DNA from: Bacteroidales bacterium
GTDB lineage: Bacteria > Bacteroidota > Bacteroidia > Bacteroidales > VadinHA17
Direction: 5' to 3'
Length of the DNA stretch: 64,000 nucleotides
Assembly: GCA_035360515.1 (NCBI GenBank)
Contig: DAOSAY010000008.1
Span: forward strand, 9,230-73,229
The position numbers were made by a program, and so were the translations under genes. This document shows, piece by piece, positions 29,070 through 39,100 of the stretch. Numbering within the stretch: the stretch's first letter is position 1; each line of letters starts with the position of its first letter. The notes beneath the pieces were generated by a model. That model was not told the origin of the DNA. It was given only the letters and a program-made list of their open reading frames with translations, and did not search any database.

Positions 29070-29978
29070 ATGAATAAATTAATCAGAACAGGAATTATCA
29101 CAGTTATAATTCTGTCATTATTTGTTCTTCCGGGGTGCAAATCGGGAGGTGAAAAGCAGAAAAAAATTGAACCTGTAACTCAGAAGGATGTCCAGAAGAT
29201 TAAGGAGGATATAAGCAAGGCTGAAAAGATGTTTAATGCACTTCCTTCGCCGCTTGAATCGGCAATGCTTATAAAAACAGCCGGTGCTTCATTTGACAGA
29301 AGGTATCTTAATCCGATTGAGAATGTAAAACTTTACACAACAACCCGCAGCCAGGCACTAAATCTGGGGATCTATACATGCGATCTGAGTTTTGCCAGTC
29401 TGTATGACCAGACACAGCTGATTATAGATTACATGAATGCTGCCAAAAAAATGGCTGATGGACTTGGAATTCTTGACGCAATTAACCAGGAAACTATTTC
29501 AAGGCTTGAGGAAAATATCAATAACAAGGAAGTGATTATGGAAATCATTTCCGAAACATTTATGAATTCCAATTCATACCTTGCAGATAATGACCAGGCA
29601 GCAGTAGCAGCTATTGTCCTGACGGGAGGATGGATTGAGGGTTTATATATCGCAACACAACTTGTTGATCTTAATAATTTCAATGGCAACAAATTGGTGG
29701 CAACTATTATCGATCAGAAACTTTCAATCGACATTCTCATCAACCTGCTTGAGAGCAATAAGGGCAATCCTGCCGTGGATGAGCTTATAAGCCAGGTGAA
29801 CAAGCTGAAAGCAGTTTTTGATAAGATTAATATACAGACAACACCAATTAAAACCGAGATTGATCCTGCCACAAATGTGACAATACTGAAATCAAAAGTT
29901 ACTACCGATATGTCGGTTGAGACTTTTAAGGAACTAACAGCTGTTGTTAAAGAAATAAGAGATTCATTTGTAAAATAA
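29070..29978 (+). CDS. hypothetical lipoprotein (helical)
   Basis: Signal peptide plus lipobox (VLPGC). The ATG at 29070 is preferred over the TTG at 29064. No recognisable family. Confidence 0.6.
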   Translation: MNKLIRTGIITVIILSLFVLPGCKSGGEKQKKIEPVTQKDVQKIKEDISKAEKMFNALPSPLESAMLIKTAGASFDRRYLNPIENVKLYTTTRSQALNLGIYTCDLSFASLYDQTQLIIDYMNAAKKMADGLGILDAINQETISRLEENINNKEVIMEIISETFMNSNSYLADNDQAAVAAIVLTGGWIEGLYIATQLVDLNNFNGNKLVATIIDQKLSIDILINLLESNKGNPAVDELISQVNKLKAVFDKINIQTTPIKTEIDPATNVTILKSKVTTDMSVETFKELTAVVKEIRDSFVK

Positions 29979-29985
29979 CACCGCC

Positions 29986-30429
29986 ATGAAGACAGTCCGA
30001 CTTTTTTCAGGTATATTGCTCTTATTAATAGCTTTAAGTATACCTGCACATTCCCAGTGCAAGGCTTTCGCAAAAAAAGAAGTTCTTCCTGAACTTTCAC
30101 CATATGTTCACGATGGCAACTATCATGCTGCCATACTTGTTGAAGGTGAAGAGGCTGAATTGTACAAAACATTTTATTCCGACATGGAATACAGGGTTGT
30201 GGTAATGGGCGAAAGCAAACTGCCGGCAGTGGAGTTTAAAGTACTGGATGAGAATAAAAACGTCCTCTATTCAAGCAAGGATAATGGTAATTCTAGTTCG
30301 TGGGATTTTAAGCTTGAATCGAGTAAGCAGCTGAAGCTTGTAATAAAGGTTTCTTCTTTTAATAAACCTGGCGATGTTCCTGCAAGTGGTTGCGTGGCAA
30401 TAATGTTTGGCTTTAAAGTGAAAAAATAA
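29986..30429 (+). CDS. hypothetical secreted protein
   Basis: 147-aa ORF with a signal peptide (AHS-QC). Starts 7 nt after the preceding lipoprotein gene and is followed by a strong terminator. Confidence 0.55.
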   Translation: MKTVRLFSGILLLLIALSIPAHSQCKAFAKKEVLPELSPYVHDGNYHAAILVEGEEAELYKTFYSDMEYRVVVMGESKLPAVEFKVLDENKNVLYSSKDNGNSSSWDFKLESSKQLKLVIKVSSFNKPGDVPASGCVAIMFGFKVKK

Positions 30430-30453
30430 TTAAGAATTCAATACCTGTAAAAT

Positions 30454-30485
30454 AAAGAAGGGCGTTACACAAAACGCCCTTCTTT
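30454..30485. terminator. bidirectional terminator between the secreted-protein gene and uvrA
   Basis: Stem AAAGAAGGGCGTT / AACGCCCTTCTTT with loop ACACAA. A/T runs on both sides, between convergent genes. Confidence 0.8.
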
Positions 30486-30486
30486 A

Positions 30487-33279
30487 TTATTTTGTTTTTG
30501 TCAATTTATTGCTGAGGAATTTTCCGGTGTACGATTTTTTACATTTTATCAAATCTTCAGGCTTGCCTTCAAATACTATATAGCCGCCTTTGTCTCCTCC
30601 TTCAGGACCCAGGTCAATTACCCAGTCGGCACATTTTATCACCTCAGGATTATGTTCTATGAGAATTACCGAATGTCCATGTTCAACAAGGGCATTCAAT
30701 GACCCAAGCAGTTTGCTGATATCATGAAAATGAAGTCCGGTAGTTGGTTCATCAAAAATGAAAAGTATATGTCCGCCAGCTTTTTCCTGACTGAGAAAAT
30801 ATGCTAATTTCACCCGCTGGCTTTCCCCTCCGGAAAGTGTACTCGACGACTGCCCGAGCTTGACATAACCAAGTCCGACATCAACCAGAGGTTTCAGTTT
30901 CTCTACAATCTTACGTTCAGTTTTTCCATTATAACTGCTGAAAAAACTTATGGCTTCATCTATAGTCATTTCAAGAATATCGTAGATATTCTTTCCGTGG
31001 TATTTTATTTCGAGGATTTCCTTCTTGAATCTCATTCCTTTACATGTTTCACAAACAAGCTCCACATCGGCCATGAATTGCATTTCAACTTTTATTATTC
31101 CTTCTCCCAAACAATCCTCGCACCTTCCACCATCAATATTGAAAGAAAAATGTGACGCTTTGAAATTATTCTGTATTGAAGCCTGCTGTTCGGCAAAGAG
31201 TTTCCTTATTTCATCATAAGCTTTGAGATAGGTGACCGGGTTTGATCTGCTCGATTTTCCTATAGGGTTCTGGTCAACCATTTCAACACCTGTCAGGCTG
31301 TTGATATCTCCCGATATTTCCCTGTAATTACCAGGCCGTATACCTGATCCTTCAATTCTCTCAGCTAGAGCTCTGTAGAGTACATCGTGAACAAGGCTCG
31401 ATTTACCACTGCCGCTTACTCCGGTTACAACAGTAATTGTGTGCAGGGGAAATTTTACATCAATCGATTTGAGATTGTTTTGCCTTGCTCCTTTAACTTC
31501 AATATAACTGTTCCAGGGCCTTCTTACCGGCGGGACAGGTATCTCGAGCTCTCCTTCAAGATATTTGACAGTTAATGAGTTATTACTTTGGGTTGAGTCA
31601 ATTTTCCCCTGAAATATCACCTCACCTCCAAAGAGTCCTGCACCTGGTCCCATGTCTATTATTTCATCAGCAGCCCTTATTATTTCTTCCTCGTGTTCAA
31701 CCACAAGCACGCTGTTACCCATATCACGAAGTTCTTTGAGCACACTGGTAAGCAGGTTAATATCGCGGGGATGAAGGCCAATACTTGGTTCATCTAAGAT
31801 GTACAACGAGCCTGTAAGATTACTTCCCAGGGAAGTGGCAAGATTAATCCTCTGTGATTCACCACCTGAAAGTGTCGAGGAGAGTCTGTCGAGGGTGAGA
31901 TAGGGGAGCCCGACATTCAGCAGGAACTTTAATCTTGAAGTAATTTCATGAAGAAGACGTTCTGCTATTTTTTGTTCCTGCTGTGTTAGTTTGAGTGTAT
32001 TAAAAAAATTCAGCAATTCATCCACAGGCATAGAAACAAGTTCCTGAATGGATTTTCCTCCAATTTTCACATATGAGGCTTCCTTTCTGAGGCGTGTCCC
32101 TTTGCAGGCAGGGCAGGTTGTCTTACCCCTGTAGCGGCTCAGTAATACCCTGTATTGAATTTTATATTTCTTTTCTTCAAGGTATTCAAAGAACTGGTTG
32201 ATGCCCCAAAAATAGCGATTACCTTTCCAGAGCACCTCCTTCTGTTCAGGTGTAAGCTGGTAATATGGTTTGTGTAATGGAAATCCGAAGAGATGCGCTG
32301 TGGAGATGAGACGCTCTTTCCATTTTTTCATTGACTCGCCTTTCCAGCATACTATAGCGTCATCATAAACCGACAGATTCTGATCGGGGATAACAAGGTT
32401 CTCGTCAATACCTATTATTTTCCCGTATCCTTCGCACACCGGGCAGGCTCCAATCGGGTTGTTAAAACTGAATAAATGCTCCGAAGGTTCAATAAACTGT
32501 ATCCCGTTCTCTTCGAATTTGTCAGAAAAATTTTCCCTCGTTATTCTGCCACCTTCATATATTACAAGCTGGCAAAAACCTTTTCCGGTACTGAGTGCAG
32601 TCTGGATAGAATCTGCTGCCCTGCTTATTCCCTCTGAGGAATGGGAAACCAGTAACCTGTCTATTACAATATTGATTTTTTCCCCGGGGTTGCAGCAAAG
32701 TGGTGAATCCGGATCATCAATCCTGATTAGATCCCCGTCTTTCTCAATTCTGTTATAACCCTGTTTTACAAGAAATAAGAAGAACTCTTTTGTAGTTATT
32801 TTTGAAGGAATTTCTGCGGGAGAAGTGATTATTACAGTTGTATTCTCAGGCAGTGTTTTCAGAAAATCCACGATATCGTCAACGCTGTGCTTCCTGACTT
32901 CTCTGCCCGTAACAGGTGAATAGGTTCTTCCTATTCTTGCATACAATAACCTCAGGTAATCATATATTTCGGTTGATGTGCCGACTGTAGAGCGGGGATT
33001 CCTTGTGTTTACTTTCTGTTCGATGGCGATAGCAGGGGGTATGCCATCTATGAAATCAACTTCGGGTTTTTGCATCCTTCCGAGAAACTGCCTGGCATAT
33101 GCAGAAAGGCTTTCAACATACCGCCTTTGACCTTCTGCGTAAATAGTATCAAATGCTAGTGAGGATTTTCCTGAGCCCGAGACGCCCGTTATCACTACCA
33201 GTTTATTTCTCGGAATACTTAGACTTATATTTTTAAGGTTATGTACCCTTGCCCCTCTGATTTCAATGTTCCCCTCCAT
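30487..33279 (-). CDS. uvrA: excinuclease ABC subunit A
   Basis: Two ABC ATPase modules (GVSGSGKSS twice) and zinc-finger Cys clusters. The ATG at 33279 gives the canonical [17 protein letters not shown] start. The ORF is open to a TTG at 33318. Confidence 0.97.
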   Translation of the reverse strand: MEGNIEIRGARVHNLKNISLSIPRNKLVVITGVSGSGKSSLAFDTIYAEGQRRYVESLSAYARQFLGRMQKPEVDFIDGIPPAIAIEQKVNTRNPRSTVGTSTEIYDYLRLLYARIGRTYSPVTGREVRKHSVDDIVDFLKTLPENTTVIITSPAEIPSKITTKEFFLFLVKQGYNRIEKDGDLIRIDDPDSPLCCNPGEKINIVIDRLLVSHSSEGISRAADSIQTALSTGKGFCQLVIYEGGRITRENFSDKFEENGIQFIEPSEHLFSFNNPIGACPVCEGYGKIIGIDENLVIPDQNLSVYDDAIVCWKGESMKKWKERLISTAHLFGFPLHKPYYQLTPEQKEVLWKGNRYFWGINQFFEYLEEKKYKIQYRVLLSRYRGKTTCPACKGTRLRKEASYVKIGGKSIQELVSMPVDELLNFFNTLKLTQQEQKIAERLLHEITSRLKFLLNVGLPYLTLDRLSSTLSGGESQRINLATSLGSNLTGSLYILDEPSIGLHPRDINLLTSVLKELRDMGNSVLVVEHEEEIIRAADEIIDMGPGAGLFGGEVIFQGKIDSTQSNNSLTVKYLEGELEIPVPPVRRPWNSYIEVKGARQNNLKSIDVKFPLHTITVVTGVSGSGKSSLVHDVLYRALAERIEGSGIRPGNYREISGDINSLTGVEMVDQNPIGKSSRSNPVTYLKAYDEIRKLFAEQQASIQNNFKASHFSFNIDGGRCEDCLGEGIIKVEMQFMADVELVCETCKGMRFKKEILEIKYHGKNIYDILEMTIDEAISFFSSYNGKTERKIVEKLKPLVDVGLGYVKLGQSSSTLSGGESQRVKLAYFLSQEKAGGHILFIFDEPTTGLHFHDISKLLGSLNALVEHGHSVILIEHNPEVIKCADWVIDLGPEGGDKGGYIVFEGKPEDLIKCKKSYTGKFLSNKLTKTK

Positions 33280-33448
33280 AACAGGTCTGCTTGTCAACAC
33301 TTTCAGTACGTTCGTCAAAAAAATTTGTTAAAATCCAAAAGTAATACTTTTACTTTTAATATTTTTTATTTTATTTGTATTTAGAACTATCATAAAAGGA
33401 GGACTGCCTATTGAAAATCTCTACTCTTTGAAGTCAAAAGAGTGAGCT

Positions 33449-34036
33449 ATGAAAAAAGAAACATCTGACTATGAACTGTTACAGAGGTTCATAGATGGTG
33501 AGCAGTCCTGTTTCGAGGAATTAATTCACCGCCATAAAAACAAGGTATATGCGTATATAAGTCTTTATATACGTGATCAGGCACTTGCTGAAGACATATT
33601 TCAGGATACATTTCTGAAAGTAATTCAGTCGGTTAAAGCAGGAAAATATTATGAAGACGGAAAATTCCTGTCGTGGGTGATGAGAATAGCCCATAATCTT
33701 ATTATTGACCATTTCCGCCGCATAAGGCAGATGAATACAATGTCGAACGACGATTATGAATCGGACCTTTTCAATTCAAAATCGCTGGCCGAAAAGAACG
33801 TTGAAGAAGATATTGTCAGAATTCAGGTAAGGAAAGACGTCAGGAAACTTATAAGCATGTTACCCTATGATCAGAGGGAGGTTGTTATACTTCGTCATTA
33901 TACAGGTTTGAGTTTTAAAGAGATAGCTGAAATTACAGGCGTGAGTATTAATACTGCACTCGGGCGGATGAGGTATGCGCTTATCAATATGAGAAAAATG
34001 ATAAATGAGAAAAAAATAAGCCTGACTGTAAAATAA
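33449..34036 (+). CDS. ECF-type RNA polymerase sigma-70 family factor
   Basis: 195-aa ORF with a sigma region 2 (FLSWVMRIAHNLIIDHFRR) and region 4 HTH (LSFKEIAEITGVSINTALGRM). Confidence 0.9.
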   Translation: MKKETSDYELLQRFIDGEQSCFEELIHRHKNKVYAYISLYIRDQALAEDIFQDTFLKVIQSVKAGKYYEDGKFLSWVMRIAHNLIIDHFRRIRQMNTMSNDDYESDLFNSKSLAEKNVEEDIVRIQVRKDVRKLISMLPYDQREVVILRHYTGLSFKEIAEITGVSINTALGRMRYALINMRKMINEKKISLTVK

Positions 34037-34069
34037 TATTCATTACGGCAAATCGTTTTTTATATAAAA

Positions 34070-34276
34070 ATGAAAACGTGTTTGCCTATGAATTTAAACT
34101 CTACTCCTTTTGTAAAGTATGATGAAATTGATGTTGAGGATGCTGATCTGATTGATGAGGCATGGGATTTCCGGGCCGAATTTCATGATGTGTTCGAATT
34201 GCTTGATACTCTGAAAGCAGAACCTGACAGGCAGGTTACTGAAAGGCTCATGGAAATTATTGAAGGTCAGATGTGA
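34070..34276 (+). CDS. small acidic hypothetical protein downstream of the ECF sigma factor
   Basis: 68-aa ORF that starts 33 nt after the sigma gene and is followed by a strong terminator. No TM segment or zinc-finger motif. Coding status is not proven. Confidence 0.4.
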   Translation: MKTCLPMNLNSTPFVKYDEIDVEDADLIDEAWDFRAEFHDVFELLDTLKAEPDRQVTERLMEIIEGQM

Positions 34277-34303
34277 CTTTATACCTCCACTGGAGGGATT
34301 TTT

Positions 34304-34340
34304 AAAAAACACAGGAAAATTTTCCTGTGTTTTTTGTTTT
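34304..34340 (+). terminator. rho-independent terminator after the ECF sigma / small ORF unit
   Basis: Palindrome AAAAAACACAGGAAAA|TTTTCCTGTGTTTTTT followed by further T residues. Confidence 0.75.
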
Positions 34341-34352
34341 ATTAAAAATATA

Positions 34353-34381
34353 TGATATATTTGTGATATCAAAATGATATC
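34353..34381 (+). repeat. three TGATAT(C) direct repeats at exact 11-bp spacing (candidate operator)
   Basis: TGATAT begins at 34353, 34364 and 34375. The last two copies are TGATATC, which contains the palindrome GATATC. The array overlaps the -7 box and runs to the start codon. Confidence 0.45.
34356..34363 (+). promoter_or_regulatory. -7 promoter box (TATATTTG) upstream of the SPFH-RHH operon
   Basis: Perfect TAnnTTTG, 21 nt upstream of the ATG at 34385. Confidence 0.4.
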
Positions 34382-34384
34382 ATC

Positions 34385-35239
34385 ATGAAAAAAGAGTTTG
34401 TCATTAAACCCATGTCGGGTTACATCGCTCTGCTGGCAGCATTATTGTTTCTGGGCGGGGCAATTGCCGGATTTATTTATGAATTAATCTGGCCTGGAAT
34501 TGTTCTTACGGTACTTTTTATTTTTACCGTGATTGGGTTAACAATAGTTTACCCGAATGAATCATGTGTTACAGTTCTGTTTGGGGCATATCGGGGCACT
34601 ATAAAGGAGAATGGATTTTTCTGGGTTAATCCTTTTTATCTCAGGCGCAAGATTTCATTGCGTGCAAGGAATTTTGACAGTGAGCCCATCAAGGTAAACG
34701 ATAAAATCGGAAATCCCATTAAAATAGGGCTGGTTCTGGTATGGAAAGTGGAGGATACCTATAAGGCGGCATTTGAAGTTGATGATTATCAGCATTTTGT
34801 GCTGGTACAAAGTGATGCTGCACTTCGTAAACTTGCGGGATTGTATCCTTATGATAATTTTGAAGATCATGAAGCTACCCTTGCACTTCGTAGCGGAGGC
34901 GAAGAGATTAACAACGAGCTTGAGCGGGAAATTAGCGAAAGGCTTGCGATAGCAGGAATAAATGTGATTGAAGCAAGAATCAATTACATTGCCTATGCAG
35001 AGGAAATTGCCAATGCAATGCTCCGGAGGCAACAGGCAACTGCTGTTGTTTCAGCAAGGTACAAAATTGTTGAAGGAGCTGTATCGATGGTTCAGATGGC
35101 TCTCGAACAACTGTCCGACAAAAAAATTGTTGAGCTCGATGAAGAGAAAAAAGCTGCGATGGTCAGTAATCTGATGGTGGTACTTTGTGCCGACAGGGAT
35201 GCCACCCCTGTAGTCAATACAGGAACATTGTATACCTGA
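34385..35239 (+). CDS. SPFH/band-7 domain membrane protein
   Basis: 284-aa ORF with two N-terminal TM helices followed by a stomatin/prohibitin-like SPFH region. Confidence 0.85.
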   Translation: MKKEFVIKPMSGYIALLAALLFLGGAIAGFIYELIWPGIVLTVLFIFTVIGLTIVYPNESCVTVLFGAYRGTIKENGFFWVNPFYLRRKISLRARNFDSEPIKVNDKIGNPIKIGLVLVWKVEDTYKAAFEVDDYQHFVLVQSDAALRKLAGLYPYDNFEDHEATLALRSGGEEINNELEREISERLAIAGINVIEARINYIAYAEEIANAMLRRQQATAVVSARYKIVEGAVSMVQMALEQLSDKKIVELDEEKKAAMVSNLMVVLCADRDATPVVNTGTLYT

Positions 35240-35242
35240 TTT

Positions 35243-35437
35243 ATGGTGAAAAAGAAGGCATTTATACTCAGGATTGATCCTGAAAAACTGGAAGCGCTCG
35301 AAAAATGGGCTGCTGATGAATTCCGTAGTACAAACGGACAGATAGAATATATTATCGACCAGGCACTTCGTAAAGCTGGACGATTGAAATCGAAACCAGT
35401 TAGTGAAACAGAAAAAGATAACAAAGCAAGCAGTTAA
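35243..35437 (+). CDS. Arc/MetJ-type ribbon-helix-helix DNA-binding protein
   Basis: 64-aa ORF starting 3 nt after the SPFH gene. Pattern is a beta-strand (KAFILRID), helix (EKLEALEKWAADEF) and helix (TNGQIEYIIDQALRKAG). Confidence 0.6.
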   Translation: MVKKKAFILRIDPEKLEALEKWAADEFRSTNGQIEYIIDQALRKAGRLKSKPVSETEKDNKASS

Positions 35438-35456
35438 TTTCTTTAAAGCTTTCCTG

Positions 35457-36161
35457 TTACTGGTTCAGGAAATAAATGGAATGGCAGGCAGCAATGCCTG
35501 CCGTTTCAGTTCTTAATCGACTTGGGCCAAGATGGACAGATCTGAATCCCATCTTCTCTGCAGCCCTTATTTCATCATCAGTAAAATCTCCTTCAGGACC
35601 AATAAGAAAAAGTACGTCTTCTCCTTTCTTATATATTCCGGATACATGCTCTCTTGTGAAATTGGCCGAACAATGTGCTATAAGCTTTATACCATTAAAA
35701 TCAGCAGAAATAAAACTGTTAAAATCAATCGACTCATTCAGGTTCGTCAGATATGTTTTCAGCGATTGCTTCATCGCCGAAATTATTATTTTCTTTATTC
35801 TTTCTGGTTTTATGTTCTTCTTTTCGGTGTTTTTGCATATAACAGGTGTGATTTCATCCACACCAATCTCAACGCATTTTTCAACCAGCCAGTCAAACCT
35901 TTCAGGATTTTTCAGTGGAGATACAGCCAGATGCAGTCTGTAAGGTCTTGGCTGAAAATCTTTTATGACTTTTGTTATTCTGACAGTACACGCCTCAGGG
36001 TCTGGCTCTGAAATAACTCCCTGATAAAGGTTTCCTGTACCGTCAATGAGTTTTACAGGATCGTTTTTTTTCAGACGCAGAACTTTCACACAATGCCTGG
36101 ATTCTGTAACGTCGAGAATACACTTTTCGCCTTTGATGCCTGAAGCGTAAAAAATATGCAT
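35457..36161 (-). CDS. rsmE: 16S rRNA (uracil1498-N3)-methyltransferase
   Basis: RsmE-like PUA plus SPOUT domains (MHIFYAS start, LIGPEGDFT motif). The ORF is open to a GTG at 36185, which overlaps the upstream gene's stop. Confidence 0.88.
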   Translation of the reverse strand: MHIFYASGIKGEKCILDVTESRHCVKVLRLKKNDPVKLIDGTGNLYQGVISEPDPEACTVRITKVIKDFQPRPYRLHLAVSPLKNPERFDWLVEKCVEIGVDEITPVICKNTEKKNIKPERIKKIIISAMKQSLKTYLTNLNESIDFNSFISADFNGIKLIAHCSANFTREHVSGIYKKGEDVLFLIGPEGDFTDDEIRAAEKMGFRSVHLGPSRLRTETAGIAACHSIYFLNQ

Positions 36162-36181
36162 TCCTGAAAGAATTATTATGT

Positions 36182-39100
36182 TCACTTTTGTTCTTGTTCT
36201 TCAGCCTGATCCGAAGTCATACGCTGCAAAAATCTCGGCAGCCTGTCTTCAACGGCTATCATGTATGTGTATGGCACCCGGGTTGAGGATTCAGGATGCG
36301 TACGAACTTTCTCCTTAAGGGTAGAGATAAGAGTATTATATTCAAGATTGCTTGACTGTGTCATCAGAACACCTCTGAAGTATGAGAAGTAGTACCAGGT
36401 TGAATTATCTGCTTTAAGATATATATCGAGCATATCACCAGATCTTCTCCTCTGTATTTCAATAAATCCGTCGACGTAAACATTCACAGCATTTGAGCCT
36501 ATCAGTCCAATTCCAATTTTACCCTTTGAACGGAATGAGGAAGTTGGTTCGTTCCAGTAGAGTTTCACATCGTTCAGCAGCAGCTCATATGGGTATTCCC
36601 TCGGCAAGTTTCTGGTTGTTCCGAACAGACCTATTTCTTCATTTATTCTTGTTGCTACAGATTCTCCTAAAAGGTCTTTCATGGCTTTTTTGTAGAATTC
36701 TGTATTAAGATTGACCGGTGCCAGTGCTGGTACCCTCCTTATCTCATTGCTCATCATTTCGAGTGCTTGCGGGGAGAAATAGAAATCGAGAGCAATAACG
36801 GCTTCAAAGTTCACTTTGCCCGAATCGATATTGTGAATTACCTTGCCTGCGGCAGCCATTTTCAGGTGGTCATAATTTGCGCCGAAATTAAGCTGACCCT
36901 CACCCGAGAGAATACAATAATTTTTATCAAGAGTGATCATGTTCCCAGGCAGTGAAAGGTCGGCAAGTTTTTCCATTGATGCAATTCTATATACTCCTTT
37001 TTCCTTCTCATACCACAATGCGCCCTGTGCGTTGACTATCTGGGCGTCGCTCCAGCTTTTCCTCTCAGAAAGAAATGCCGGATAAATATGGGCGGAATCC
37101 GTTGATATGAATGAGCCCGAATATACTGGATTGTCATTAATATCCCTTACCTTTTCGGCTATAGGGATAATAACCATTTTCGGGTTTATGCTGGATTTAA
37201 ATTTTACGTTATAGCTTTTGAAACTGCAGTTATGAACAATTCCGGCAGCCCCGGTAAATGTTAGGTAATCGTCCTGCGCCGAGAGCATTACATCGCCTGT
37301 AAAGGTAAATGCAGGGCTGAGCATAAAATTCTGAGTAACAGGAATGTATCCTGTTGCTGATGTAATACCTTTATCGGATGTTATTTTCGGGAAGTTAATC
37401 TGCTGGATATTGCCGCTTTCATCAACATAGTTATAAGTTGCACTCCCTGAGTAGCTGCGAGTATTTTCAATGACTATGTTTCCTGAATGAAGCAAATGCT
37501 TGTTATTGACTGCAATAACAGCATTCTGAAGAGGTTGAATCCTTGCTCCCCTTTCAATTGTTATTCTGCCTTTATCGGGCTGAATAAGAGCATCTGCGAT
37601 GTGTATGTAATTAATGTTTTCAGCAATAACAACTTCCTGATTAAGATCATATCTTCCTTTCCATGATGTGAATGCGATAGTGTCTTTTATAATATTGGTT
37701 GCAAAGAAGGTGGGTTTGTCAAGCTTATTAAAGTCGAGTTTCAGCAGTTCTTCCGGTGACATAAGTGGTGTTTCAGCTTTACCCCTCTGTTCCATGTTAA
37801 GAATCCTGTTTTTCATATCGTACTGAAAATCTGTCATTGTACAGATATATTGTATTTCGGGGAACTTTACCAGGGATGTGCCTGTATTAAGGCTGAATTT
37901 CGACTGGTACGAATTGAAGTCGATAGTTACATTGACATTTTCAGCAAGAAACCCGATGGCCTCACCCCGGGTTGATTTTAGGTTATAGTCAGCTGTATCG
38001 CTTTGAATTATGTTTTCTGCAAAGTTGAATTTGTTTGAAATAATTCTGGAGTCTGTAATGTCAATTATTCCCGAACCCGATAATCTTTCCGGGGTCAGAA
38101 TAATTTTTCCGTCAAGTTGTGTGCCATTGCCAAACATATCAAACTTTTTCCCGGGAGCATTGCTTGCAATCCATTCATCAGTTGAGGTTAACCATTTAAC
38201 CGATACATCGTTGGATGAGAGCACCGGAAAACGACCGCTTCCGTCAGGTGATATTGTAAACGAACGGGCAAAGGTTATCATTGAGTCGGGAAAGAACCTG
38301 AATTCATCCGATTCTGTTTCAGAAGTAATCCTTCTTAGTTTACCGCTGCCAGTCAGACCTTTGTTGCTCATTGAGATCATATTGTATAATCTGCCCTTGC
38401 CATCATATACTTCAATTCCATCAGAGGGAATATTCATTGTAAATCCAAGAGAGTTGTCTTCCTGAATTATCAGGTATTGTTTCGTTGGTTTTATAATGTT
38501 TCCCGCGTGGAATTCTCCAGGGAGATTCATCATTTCATTTGTGTAATGATCTATGTTATCGTAGGTGAATGGCTCAATCCTGAAATAAAAGTCCTGTTGT
38601 TTGTAAATTCCTTCAAGCCCTGGTATTTTATCATAGAAAATATATGAATAGGTGGTCGCATTGATAATAGGATACTGTTTAAGGCTTCTCAATCCTGATT
38701 TGTTTTTCGGGTCATCTATATATAATTCAGCTGTTGTAAGCTGTATCAGGTTCTCGACATCCTTAATCAGTGGTCTTCCCATTGCATCTCTTTCCCCGGT
38801 TTCAACAGCTATTCTTATTGAATCAATTTTGTGAAGGTTGATTTTAAAAGTGTCATAATCGAATACAAAATTGTGTCCGAAAATTGTAAAAAGCCCTGCT
38901 TCAACAACTCCGTCGAATGAAATTTTCCTGTTTTTCCCTATTTCAATTCTCTGGTTGTACGGATAGAGAGATACCATTTGTGAATCGCTCAGAAAAATAT
39001 TTCTTACCCCGTTTACTGTCAGACGGAAGCTATTAAGGTCGAGAAATGCATTTTCTACCGGAGCGTTTGTTTCGCTCATAAAAGAAATCACATCATAATC

